A DNA stretch of 63,057 nucleotides, counting the filler, from Licmophora abbreviata (lineage: Eukaryota), in the NCBI GenBank assembly GCA_900291995.1. It is 14 parts of 14 records of this genome, joined end to end, with 100 filler letters (N's around TTAATTAATTAA, not from the genome) between each part and the next. Parts side by side here need not be neighbours in the genome. Positions count along the whole stretch, not along the records: positions 23,504 to 37,020 come from OLMU01003620.1; positions 37,121 to 38,875 come from OLMU01003621.1; positions 38,976 to 46,549 come from OLMU01003622.1; positions 46,650 to 58,835 come from OLMU01003623.1; 10 more parts are not named here. The stretch is one strand, 5' to 3'. Under the pieces are notes generated by a model. The model was given only the letters and a program-made list of their open reading frames with translations, did no database searches and was not told the origin of the DNA. The first letter of the stretch is position 1. Each line of letters opens with the position of its first letter. A program made the position numbers and the translations under genes. Of this stretch, positions 35,710 through 46,729 are shown one piece after another.

Positions 35710-37976
35710 CTAGGATTTGCTTTGCGCCAGTATCCCGTTTCGCCTTGCACCTTGAATAGCAAGCACGTCGGTTGAGTATTCCTCCAGCGCCGCATCGATT
35801 GCGGCCCACAGCCGTCGTTCGGCTGCAGCAATATCAGGATCCGACGACACTTCGTCTCGGTGAGCAGGGATTGACACCGTGAGCTCATCTGGTGGATCGA
35901 CATTGGAATATTCATCTGCTCTTTCCTGTGCTGTAGACGCCGCTGGCGATGCCGCCAGTGATGCCCCGGCCCAACATGTGTCAGTTTCGTCCTCGACGTG
36001 GTCGTCGAACGAACGATGCAGTTCACCAGCGCTAATGTCCATGCTTTCGCCGGATGTGGAGACGATGCGTTCTTCGTCTCTACAAGGTTCAGTGTTGGAA
36101 TCGGTTCGCGACGGTAGTATTCCGGATACGTCGATCTCATCCTGCACAGCCGGAGGCTTCCGTGATGCGTCCTGCACGGTAGATGGCGACGTAACCACGT
36201 CAATCCCGTCAGACACAACCGGTGGTTCATCGTTCCCATTGTAGTTCTTTAGCCACTCCTGGATTCTCTCACGAATTGCAGGTTTCGTTTGCTCTAGCAT
36301 ATTCTCGTATCGGGCCTGGAAATCCTTTGGGCGAAAGGGCTGATTCGTGGCGACATGAAAGTATCGATACTTGCCGTTCCTCCCTCGTTCGACACGACAA
36401 CCGGTCATGGTACGGAGAGCCTCGGTGTCTTTGAGTTTCTTCCTATCCATAAGCTCAATCAAACCACCAAGCTGTTCCAGAAGTTCACGACGAGCTGTGG
36501 CCAGTGTCACTCTCCGTTGCTCCTCAGGATTAGGACTGCTCGACCAATTCAAGTCCAAGTCACCCAAGACTGAGGCTCGCCTTGCAGCGCCCTCAAGCTT
36601 CCGTCGCTTGGCCGCAGGAGGTACGAGCGCATAGCCAGTCATCCGTTCAATCTCTTCTGCTTGCGACGATGTATCACGTTCAGAGATAGGGAGAGAGCAA
36701 TACTGCCGCACCAAGGATCGTACATTTCCATTTCGTCCGGAGTGAGATGGTATGGAAGAGAGCTGTCGGTCTTACCAAGCCTGCATCAGCATCGCCTGCA
36801 TCAGCAGCAACTTTGGACGCCTTTTCGCTCTCATCGGAGGCAGCCTTGCACTCCTGCAGCTGTCCAGGTATTTCCCGGCGTCTCCGCTGTCGCTAGGAAA
36901 GACAATACTCTGGCGCTTTCGACGTCTCAACGACGATCCGACTCGCTTCTTCTCGTCATCGAGTGGAGGTGAGTCGTCTTCGTTCCATTCCGACGACGAT
37001 GCCTGGTCTGGATCATCGTTNNNNNNNNNNNNNNNNNNNNNNNNNNNNNNNNNNNNNNNNNNNNTTAATTAATTAANNNNNNNNNNNNNNNNNNNNNNNN
37101 NNNNNNNNNNNNNNNNNNNNGGTCTGGATCATCGTTCGGACTTACTGACAATGCCATAGGTGGGAGGAACATAGTTTCGCGTCGCTTACGCCGTGCAGAC
37201 TTGGTCGAACGTGCAGCGGGAATCTCGTCGTCCAGTGCATCTATGCAAAGATGGAGACTCGTAGGGCTCTTGGTCGGATCGCTTGGCAACGACGCTTCGA
37301 CCTTTGCATCCTCCACAGCAGGGTCTAATGACTGTAACTCCACTGATACTGAAGTGCAAGAAGCGTCAGCAGAGCCGACAGGCACGCCATCACCGTCATG
37401 CTCTATGGGGCTCCTCGTCGTCTCCATGGTTTCGTGCGAGGAGGGTACATGAGACAGGCTCTTGCGCAAACTGCCACTCCTTTTGTTGTCTATGTTCGAC
37501 CTGTCCATGCTTTGTTCGGTTCGAGCATTGGTGCGATCCTTTAATGCGTTCTTTGGTTTCTGAAAGGGAACCGGTAGTACCATGGGAGAAGACTTTCGAC
37601 GAGCACGTTGCTTGCGTGCGTGCTGCGAGGACGGCGAAGGTGGATCCGGAATCGACAAAAGATCGTTGCAGTGCTCCAGATTGATGCCTCCCAGAAAGTG
37701 TTTGGATTCTGTACACAAGGATTTCAGGTCCGACTGCGGAACGGATGGTCGAGGGGGCTTATTGCGAGGCGGAAGAGGATGAGCCGGACCCGCGGGAGGC
37801 TTTTTTGCAGTGTCGTCGGCATCATTGCTCATCCGTGAAGAAAGAACCGCATCTCCGGTGTCCAGATCTCGCGCATGTACTTCATGATGGCCAGTAGTAC
37901 CATTGGTATCGGTTACGATTGTCGATACCGGCAATGACGGCACCGAGAAGGAGTGTCGTCGCTTCATTCCTACCAT
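35710..37976 (-). CDS. Large hypothetical, mostly disordered protein spanning an overlapping linker (disrupted near 36720-36880)
   Basis: Flanks of linker 37021-37120 overlap by 16 nt. This puts ORFs 37065-38009 and 35710-36714 in one frame, separated by a single TAA at 36772-36774. Repeated basic motifs RRKSS, RRKRRET, RRRKRQS, KRRK. Confidence 0.62.
37021..37120. other. Artificial scaffold linker (flanks overlap 16 nt)
   Basis: ggtctggatcatcgtt is present on both sides. Confidence 0.99.
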
Positions 37977-38308
37977 GGTTTTTGTGAGAAATAGAGGTGT
38001 CGACTGCAAAAAGTGGCGCGGTATTGGAACTCGGAAAAACCGTAGTCAACTGTGTTCTGTGTATTCCTAATGGGTAACGGGAGCACCATAAAACGTATTG
38101 GTGTAAACGTGAGTTTTCATATTCCAACCTTCCCATTCACAGATGATTTTGCCGTCGTGGGATGTTGAGAGTGTGTGTCGCTGTCACAATGTGATATCGC
38201 CGACAGACGATCCGTTGCACGTTTGTACGTTCATTCCATTGACTCTCTAGCCAGGTCACACAGTGCAGGAACTCCTCGCCTATCATGATACCACTTCAGC
38301 CTCCCACC

Positions 38309-38840
38309 ATGTCGTCACTATGCTCAAGATTCGTACGGAAAAGTATATCGCATCATTCAGTATTTCCCAGGAAGACGATGGCCGCATCTGCATCCAAGCG
38401 ATTCATGTCGGTAATTACTCTGAGCGACGAAGATGCCGTCAAGAAGTTTCGAATGATAAACCACAAGAGCGTTTTGTACTTTACAGGTGAGAGGATGTGT
38501 TCAATACAACGCGTGCTCAGTTCGGACGGTCTACGTTACGAACTACCGGCACTAAGCCATCGGACTGTCTTGCTCACAATGCTTGTTCATCACTATGATT
38601 ATAGCAACATGGTGTCCACCTTGCAAAGCCATTGCTCCTGTCTATGAGGAAATGTCTAAAAAGTATCCTACCGTCGGGTTCGGAAAGGTAGATGTTGACG
38701 ACAACAGCGACGCCGCGTTGGACTTTGAGATTAGCGCCGTCCCTACCTTTGTCTTGTTTGACGGTGAAACTGCCAAGACCAAGTTTTCTGGAGCGGATCC
38801 TGCCAAACTAGAAGATCATGTCAAGGAGTTGTTGGAGTAG
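38309..38840 (+). CDS. Thioredoxin (WCPPC), probably mitochondrial
   Basis: Exons 38309-38486 and 38605-38840. Spliced YFTATWCPPCK, KVDVD, AVPTF. Basic, acid-free presequence ending KRFMS. Confidence 0.92.
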
Positions 38841-38875
38841 TAGAGACGGGAGTTATGTAGTCATGATCGGAACAG

Positions 38876-38975
38876 NNNNNNNNNNNNNNNNNNNNNNNNN
38901 NNNNNNNNNNNNNNNNNNNTTAATTAATTAANNNNNNNNNNNNNNNNNNNNNNNNNNNNNNNNNNNNNNNNNNNN
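38876..38975. other. Artificial scaffold linker
   Basis: N44-TTAATTAATTAA-N44. Confidence 0.99.
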
Positions 38976-39598
38976 CGATTATATTCCCGTGACTCCACGA
39001 ATCTAGCCTTCCCCATGGGTTTTCATTGCACACTCTTAGCTTTCTTCGCCCAGCTGTTCCCAGAGAGACGCATCTTCCTACCGGTACTACTTCGAACTAT
39101 TTGCATAGCTAGAGTGCTACTGAAGTATATTAGTCTGCGCGAAAGTGAGCTGTTGCGTAGGTCCGGTTATTGAGTCAGTTCTTCTCCTCATCACGAAAGG
39201 ATTACCCATATCGCGTTCTTGCTGAGATAGTAAAAAGGAGTCTTTCGTTTCCCACACTCGGTTTTCGAAGTCCACATGAGATCCAATGAAAAAGAGAGGT
39301 TGTTTTCAAGCTTGCGTGCAAGACCCCTGCGACACGCGCTAAACGTCATGCTGACCTCACGACGGCGTGTCTCGCACCTACTCCGATGACGGAGTGACGT
39401 CGGAATTTCCGAGCCCAGTAGGAAAGCGCGCCAGGCGGCACGCGAATTCTCGTGTCAAATTCGTGTCGGGGCGGGCGGGAAGAATGCGAATTTGTACTAG
39501 GTGCCAGCATAATCATCATTGCCTCGGTTCTGTTTGTGTGTCCCAATCATCGTTTGTTGACATCGAGAAGACTCTACCAGTATAGGATCGATATCAAG

Positions 39599-40411
39599 AT
39601 GAAAATGAAGAACGTACTTCTCTATAGCACAGTCTCGTTGCTCTTGGCCTTGTCAAGGGCTCCCGCCGTGACGGCCTTTTCCAGGAGCCGAACTTCCAGC
39701 ATCCGTCGCCCGTCGTTGTTCCGTCACCGGTCTTCTTGGCTGATGCACTCGGAACCATCGTCATCCGACCACTCTTCTCTCCTCGAGACAGGAGCTCTCC
39801 CTTCTCGGCAGGCCCTGCACGAACACCGAAAGAACGAATGGATCGATCGCAGCGTGCAGTACTACTCCAAGGTCATGCGCGAAGAACGACGGAGAGACAT
39901 TGGTCAGGCGCCCGAACAGCCCGCCCCGCCCGAGTACCAAGATCAATTTGTCCATCTCGCAAAGAAACACTACTTTGCGCTTCGGAAAATCAAGACGGGC
40001 AACTTTCATCACGCGGAAGGTATCTACCGACGGATCATTGACGATCTGACGACGAATGAAGAGTCGCACGGCGATCACCATTGTACCAATGCGCAGCTGG
40101 CAGTGACGACACTGCTACTGGCACTTTTGCTGCAGCGTATGGGAGACAACAAGCGAACACGCTCTGTCTTTCTCAATTTCTTTCGTATGGCGGTAGTGGA
40201 GAGTGACGGTGACACGGAATGTGCGTGCAGTGCTAAAGTTCTGCAAGCCTTTGCGCTCTTTGAAATGAAGCAAGGGAATGCCCAAAAGTCATTGGAGCTC
40301 GTGAACCGAGCCATTCAGTTTGACCAGTCGCTAGCACCGGTACTTCAATGGAAGCAATTCCGTGATGTCTCGGCTCGGTCTTCGATGTCTCAAAGAAGGA
40401 CAAACATGTAA
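39599..40411 (+). CDS. Plastid-targeted TPR/HAT-like helical repeat protein
   Basis: Signal peptide ending VTA-FS, Ser/Arg-rich transit peptide, HAT-like KVLQAFALFEMKQGNAQKSLELVNRAIQFD. Confidence 0.72.
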   Translation: MKMKNVLLYSTVSLLLALSRAPAVTAFSRSRTSSIRRPSLFRHRSSWLMHSEPSSSDHSSLLETGALPSRQALHEHRKNEWIDRSVQYYSKVMREERRRDIGQAPEQPAPPEYQDQFVHLAKKHYFALRKIKTGNFHHAEGIYRRIIDDLTTNEESHGDHHCTNAQLAVTTLLLALLLQRMGDNKRTRSVFLNFFRMAVVESDGDTECACSAKVLQAFALFEMKQGNAQKSLELVNRAIQFDQSLAPVLQWKQFRDVSARSSMSQRRTNM

Positions 40412-40645
40412 AAAGTACTTGCAGAGTTGTAATCGAACAGTAACCTTGTGTGTTGCTTCTTAGGTTCCCTTATAGTAGTCTACTGCTGCGGCCACCGTTC
40501 TAGATAGGGTCCTGAGTAGCATGACGATACCATCCTCGTTTATACGCCAACAGAAGCTCTCGTTCTAGTCACAGTAGACGCAAAAGCGCACTCCAAGCCC
40601 AATCATACACCAACCGCATCCGTCACCCATCGCAGCATCAGCCTT

Positions 40646-42392
40646 CTAATACAGGCGCTTCTGATAGCTGTGGAGTCCGTGGACCCCGCCTTCCTTTTGC
40701 GCCGCTGGAGAGCGAATCTCGAAACGTAGCCGGTCTGCATACAATTTCTCCTTGGCCTCCTCCAAACTCAGCAAGCCCGCATCCTGCAGGCCGTGGCGGA
40801 CGCCCTGCGTAAGGTAGGGAATGTATCGACGGAGTGTTCCCTTGTCTTGCACGGCTCCGCTCACTCCTTGGGCCACCTTGATGGAGGCAGTAGACGTGTC
40901 GTCCCATACATATCGCTTTTCACTTCCCTTCTTCATGGCTTCTAGACTTCCCATGCCACGATAGCGCTTCAGGCGAACCCCGTCTTGGTAAAAATACTCG
41001 CCAGGAGCCTCATCCGTTCCCGCCAACATGCTTCCCATCATGACGCTACCCGCTCCAAGGCAAAGAGCCTTGGTGATGTGCCCCGTTGACTTGATACCAC
41101 CGTCCGCGACAATGGGCACTCCATACTTGCGGGAAAACTTGGCCACATGGTAGACAGCACTTGCCTGGGCACGACCTACCGCACAGACCTCTTGCGTTGT
41201 GCAAATCGATCCAATGCCCATTCCAACACGGAGTCCATCGACACCAGCTTGAATCAAGTGATAGGCCTGAGATGGCGTCACGACATTTCCTCCAATCACA
41301 TCGAGCTGAGGGAAGGTTTCCTTCAAATACTGCACGATCTCCAACTGGTATCGCGAGTCCCCTTGAGACGAGTCTACAATGAGCACGTCGACTCCCGCTT
41401 CCACCAACGCAGCCGCACGATCTCTGTCTTCCGGACGCGTCCCAATCGCCGCACCAACCAACAATTGCTTGTTGATCGGATCCTTGGACGCCTTTGGATA
41501 ATCACGATTCTTCTGAAGATCCGTACGCGCAATCAAGGCCACGAGTTCGTCTTGTTCATTCACAACGGGCAATTTTCCCTTTTTGCTTTCCTTCAAAATC
41601 TCATTGGCTTCCTCCAAGGACACGCCCTCGCGCGCCACGGAGAGTGCGTTGCGAGGTGTCATGAATTCTTGAATCGTGACGGCAGCTTCGTCGTGGAAAC
41701 TGGTGTCGCGATTGCTAATTATACCCATTAAGCGTCCTCCCATTTTTCCAGTGTCCGTAATGGGAATGCCCGAGTAGCCCAAGGTCTGTTTGATGCGAAA
41801 GACGTCTTCCACGGTATGATCAGGTGATAGACAGACAGGATCCGTGATGAATCCATTCTTGAATTTCTTGACCTTGCGTACTTCGGACGCTTGATCTTCC
41901 TTGGTAAAGTTGGAGTGAATGATACCAATGCCGCCCTGCAATGCCATCATGATGGCCATATTGGCTTCCGTGACAGTGTCCATGGGGGAACTGACGAGAG
42001 GAGTCTGGAGGCGAATGTTTTTGGTGAATTGAGAGGAAATGTCGACATCGTTGAGGCCAAAGTGAATGTGTCCCGGCATCATGATGACATCGTCGTACGA
42101 GTAGGCGACGCACGCGGGGTTCCGGACAAAGACTTGAGTCGCACTGAAACTGAACGAAGAAGAGAGGGGCAGAGATTTTTGAGCGTTCGTACATCAATCG
42201 CCTCGATAGACGTAGCAATGCATGAAATAGTGTCCTGGTCTAGAATTCAGTCGGCAATGACCGACATGAGAGAGTTACAAAGGGCCATTCGTGTCATCTG
42301 TTTCCTTACCCTTCTGCGCCTGAATTGAGAGTTTCCTCGTCAATATCAAGGAGCGGCTTTCCGTTGAGATTCTTTTGAGGAGACAGGGCCAT
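40646..42392 (-). CDS. IMPDH: Inosine-5'-monophosphate dehydrogenase
   Basis: Exons 42392-42310 and 42149-40646. Motifs [17 protein letters not shown] pair, [16 protein letters not shown] (catalytic Cys), ADGGI, YRGMGS, AQGVSG. Confidence 0.97.
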
Positions 42393-42787
42393 GGCAAGAG
42401 ATAGAGAGAAAGTGAAGCACGAGAGTACAGCGACAAGTCACACGTCTGATAGCAGCACAAGGATAAGTTTGGAGTGATTTGAGAACGGCGGCGATGTCGG
42501 AGATTTCAGTCATCTTCATCATCCAGTGGCTGGCGAGAAGTCTCGAAATGGCGCGCTCCAAGGTGCGAGAAGCAATTTGAAATAGGTGTCGGTTCCAGAT
42601 TCCGGATTCCATTACTTCCGACCATCTCTCCGACAAAAATTGCGCGCCACTCAACGGTCGTCGCGACAGACGCCGCCGACTTCGCGATGCGTTGATGCTC
42701 TCATCATGACTTCCACTTGGCGCCGTTGGCAGAGGGGGTAGACAAATTGCAACACAGAGGGCTCTATTGACAGAACTTCTCGTCACC

Positions 42788-44457
42788 ATGATGCAGTTCT
42801 TGTTGCAAAGCGCAAAGCAGGTCCTTCCAGACTGGCCCGACTGGGCCTTGGACGTCTTGCTCATCATGACGGGCCTCTTGTTGGTGACACTCGCCTTGAG
42901 CAGCCTACTTTACGTCCCTGAAGACGAAAAAGACGACGCTGTGGCTGAAGACAAGAAAGCCCATCAGCAGCTGCATACCGAGTTCACTTCGTTTCGTCGG
43001 CAGTACATCCTCGTCTACCTCGTCATTATGCTGGCCGACTGGATGCAAGGCACGCACATGTTTACACTCTACCTCAGCTACAATGTCAACATTTCAGCAC
43101 TCTTCCTCACTGGATTTCTCAGCGGTGCAGTCTTTGCGCCCTTTCTAGGAAGTGCAATCGACCGATTCGGGAGGAAACGTAGTTGTATCGTATACTGTAT
43201 ACTGGAAGTTGTAATCAATACTCTGGAACACTATTCCAACTTTCATCTGCTCCTCCTGGGGCGGGTCTTGGGAGGAATCTCTACGAATCTCCTATTTTCA
43301 GCCTTTGAAAGCTGGATGACCACGGAGCACCGGCGTCGGGGATTTCCAGAAGCATGGTTGACGCGAACCTATGCGGAAGTAAGTTTCGTCACGATGCGAC
43401 ACCTGCGCGTATGTACACTCGCGTTCTGGTTTGTGGAGGCATGGACGTTCGTGAGAGTCTCACGAATACACTACTCTTGTCTTCGACTTTAGGCTTCGAT
43501 TGGCAATGGGACCATGGCGATTCTCGCGGGCATTGTCGCTCAGCTCTTGGAAGACTATCTGGGTCATATCGGTCCGTTTCAGGGAGCCATTGCTCTTACT
43601 GTCTTGGCGCTGCTGTTGGTCTTGCGGTGGGAAGAAAACTATGGAGAGGAACGCGAAGGCGACCATGCACAATCGACGCTCTATCATCAGTTCGTAGAAG
43701 GGTGGAAGGCGACTGTTACGGATTCTCATGTATGGAGAATTGGAATGACGCAGGCCATGAGCGAAGGTGCCATGTACACGGTATGTTGTTGTTGTTGTTG
43801 TTGTTGTTGTAGCTACTAGCGAATTTGTGAGGGTGCGTTGCATTCTTCGTGTTCCTCATCACCTCTAATCTCATCGCCTCTTAACTATGTCTAAATCAGT
43901 TTGTATTCATGTGGGTCCCTACATTGCTACGTCTGGATCCTCCTGGGGGAGTGCCTACTGGATGTGTGTTTTCGGCGCTCATGATGGCCATTACGATGGG
44001 AGGTATCCTCTTTCCGCCACTCCAGTCTTTCATTGCTAATACAGTCGCTTCGAAAGAGAGCGCCCCCGAAGTATCGGCATCCCTGATTTATCTATTGGCC
44101 AGTGCAAGTATGGCCGTCCCTGCCTTGTGTATATCAGGAAGACTAACTTTTACAACACATTGCTTTGACTTGATTGTTGTGAGCTTCATTGTAACGGAGT
44201 TCTGTGTCGGGCTGTTCATGCCAGTGGCTGGTACTCTGAGATCCAAGTACGTGCCCGACGCGCTGCAGGGTGGTATTCTCAATATCTTTCGTCTGCCGTT
44301 GAATACAATTGTCGTGGCTGGGACCCATGCGACGGACGTGATGGAACCCGAGACGGTCTTTGTGCTGGTAAGCGCCTGCTTTCTGGCGGCCGCACTCCTT
44401 CAGTCTTCCATGATTTCCTCAACACAAGCTGTTTCGTCGGACAAGAAGAAAGATTAA
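42788..44457 (+). CDS. MFSD5: Molybdate-anion transporter family (MFSD5/MOT2, MFS)
   Basis: Exons 42788-43378, 43493-43780, 43900-44457. Motifs LADWMQG, DRFGRKR, LGRVLGGISTNLLFSAFESW, EGAMYTFVFMW, NIFRLPLN. Confidence 0.9.
43784..43810. repeat. (TGT)9 microsatellite in intron 2 of the MFSD5-like gene
   Basis: Read directly, immediately after the splice donor. Confidence 0.9.
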
Positions 44458-44870
44458 GGCTTTAGTCTGGCTAGAGTGCGCACTACTCTTGTTATCATTG
44501 TACCGCTCCTACGCTCTATCTAGCAACGGCGTCGGGGCGAAACCTCTGCACGTACGCCTCGACCAGTGGTCATCTGTAGGCTTCGAGCAATCGGCGAGGC
44601 CTCGGTCTGGTGGTGTACCAGACTCTTTTCTGCCGGGCCAGATGCAGGCTCGGCTCTCAAAGGCGCTTGTCCGCAATAACAACAACAAGAGAGTGTACGA
44701 AAAGCTTTGTCGTTTCGTCAATCGATGCCGCAGGAGGTAGTTCAACGTGATTTTAAAGACTAGATTTATTGCCCTCAGCCAGAATCTTTCCCCGAAAGTA
44801 ACTTGTAGCAACTAGGAGACCGACAAAGACAAAACTTGCGTTCGTTCCCATCTTATGTATTTGAGCTAGC

Positions 44871-46549
44871 TCACTGTGAAGGGCTCGCCTTGACTGGATC
44901 GTTCTTGGTTGGGGTTCTGCAAAAAGCAAGGGATTGGAAAAGACGGATTAGAAAGGGTTGTCGTGCGAAGTATGTAAGACATGACAAGAGACACAGTCAC
45001 GCACACTGACATATCATCGTCGCTATCGACTTGTTCCTCTCTCGACATGAAGAAGAATCGGATCGGAGAGAAGAACCAGATAACTCGGAATGGGAACAGA
45101 ACGATGGCTGTGAGAGTATTCCAGAGGAGCCTGCGGAATACCAACACGAGAATACATGCAACAATCGCCAGGTGTCGGTTCACGGAACCTTCTGGGTCGT
45201 CGCAGGCTTCAGCAACCTGCTGGATTAGGAATGGATGCGCATCTCTGTCTTTTAAAGTCTTGAGAGCCTTAGGGCAATCCACAGAGTAGTGATCGACAAG
45301 CATCTTATGGGTAGCCAGCACAGCGCGCGAGAAAGCGTCAGAAACATTACGAAGGTGAACGCTTGTGGTCTGTAGAAGAGGCGCGACATGTACATCGACA
45401 TGCGGCTTAAGGCTCTGGTCGTACATGTCGAGAGACTTCTTTACATGTGGAGCGGCCGCAACGGCAGCTTTCTCGCTGACGTGACGAGCGGCCTTGGTGG
45501 CGTGGCGAGCGGCCTTGGTGGCGTGATCAGCGGCGTAAGCAGCATTCTCCTTCACCTTCCGTTGGGCGACGACAGCTGCAGACAACGCGTCCTCCTGGAT
45601 TAATGTAAGATTGCAATATGACCTCGTCGCCTGTAGACTTTGAAATTCGGTGAGTTCCTGTGGAGGAAGCAGACACAACAGAATGTCAGTGAGACCTGGT
45701 CCAGCCTTCATTCATCGACAGGGCCTATCGTACAGGATCCCGACACACCTTGGACACTTCCGCATGCTTCGTCTCCAGAGCTTCGTGACGAGCCTTCCAT
45801 GATTCCGTGAGATTCTCAAGCTTCTTTACAGTCCCCGAGAGCTCTTCTACCTTGCGTTTGTTCTCGGCGATCAAGCTTTCGATCTGCGAGTTGGAATTTG
45901 ATTCGTTTTCTTCCTGGCGCAAGTCGAAGTCTTTCTTCAATGCTTCTGTCTCATGCGTCGCCTGTTCATGGATCGATTCAATTTCTGATTTCAGCCCCGC
46001 AACAGCTGCAGCGTGGTCCGACTTGGCAGTCTCAAGAGCGGCAAGGGCGACTTGGGTGTCTGTCTCGGCCGCAGCCAGTTTTCGCTCGAATTCACCGCGC
46101 ACCGTGGCAATGTCATCGATGGAGGTGGCCCGGATGGCCGAGATTTCAGCATTTTTCTCATCCAGGATTTGAGTGTGCTCCGACTCTAGATGCTCCAACT
46201 TGGAGGCGCTGTCCCGTTCACTTGTCATAAGTGCCGCCAAGGCCTCCTGAACTTGCGATCGGAGAGCTTCTATAGTGCTCTGCAGTTCCTCATTTTCCTC
46301 CTGCAGCTCAGGCAACACAGTCAGTTCTTCCTTCAGCCGTTCCGCCTCAGCCGATGTCTTTTGAAGCGCTTCATTCGCCTCTTCACTTTCACGCTCCGCA
46401 ACCGCTTTGGCATCATTGGCGAAAGCCAAAGACTTCGTTAGCATCTCGTCGCAAGCCGTCGTCGCCGGCGCACTCGTTTTGGTCGATGCAGTTTCACCAC
46501 GACGATTCATCATCATGAGATTTCCGATGTTGACGGCATTGGAGCACGG
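44871..46549 (-). CDS. Coiled-coil protein with C-terminal membrane anchor (5'-truncated by gap)
   Basis: Introns 45658-45748 and 44917-45010 restore one frame, ending KASPSQ*. Long E/K/A heptad region, then hydrophobic HLAIVACILVLVF...AIVLFPFRVIWFF. A 21-nt duplication lies at 45481-45522. Confidence 0.72.
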
Positions 46550-46649
46550 NNNNNNNNNNNNNNNNNNNNNNNNNNNNNNNNNNNNNNNNNNNNTTAATTA
46601 ATTAANNNNNNNNNNNNNNNNNNNNNNNNNNNNNNNNNNNNNNNNNNNN
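46550..46649. other. Artificial scaffold linker
   Basis: N44-TTAATTAATTAA-N44. Confidence 0.99.
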
Positions 46650-46729
46650 TTCCGTACTCAGGCCTCAGGTATTCGTTCCAATCCTACACAAAGTTATCGA
46701 ACATGATCATCAACTGTCACTACCAATTA

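Noticed and set aside
43781..43819. Poly-Cys / poly-Leu tails in the ORF track
   Set aside because: Translation of an intronic (TGT)9 microsatellite.
40646..44457. IMPDH head-to-head with a molybdate transporter as a GTP/Moco functional cluster
   Set aside because: Divergent pairs of unrelated genes are the norm in this window; no evidence beyond adjacency.
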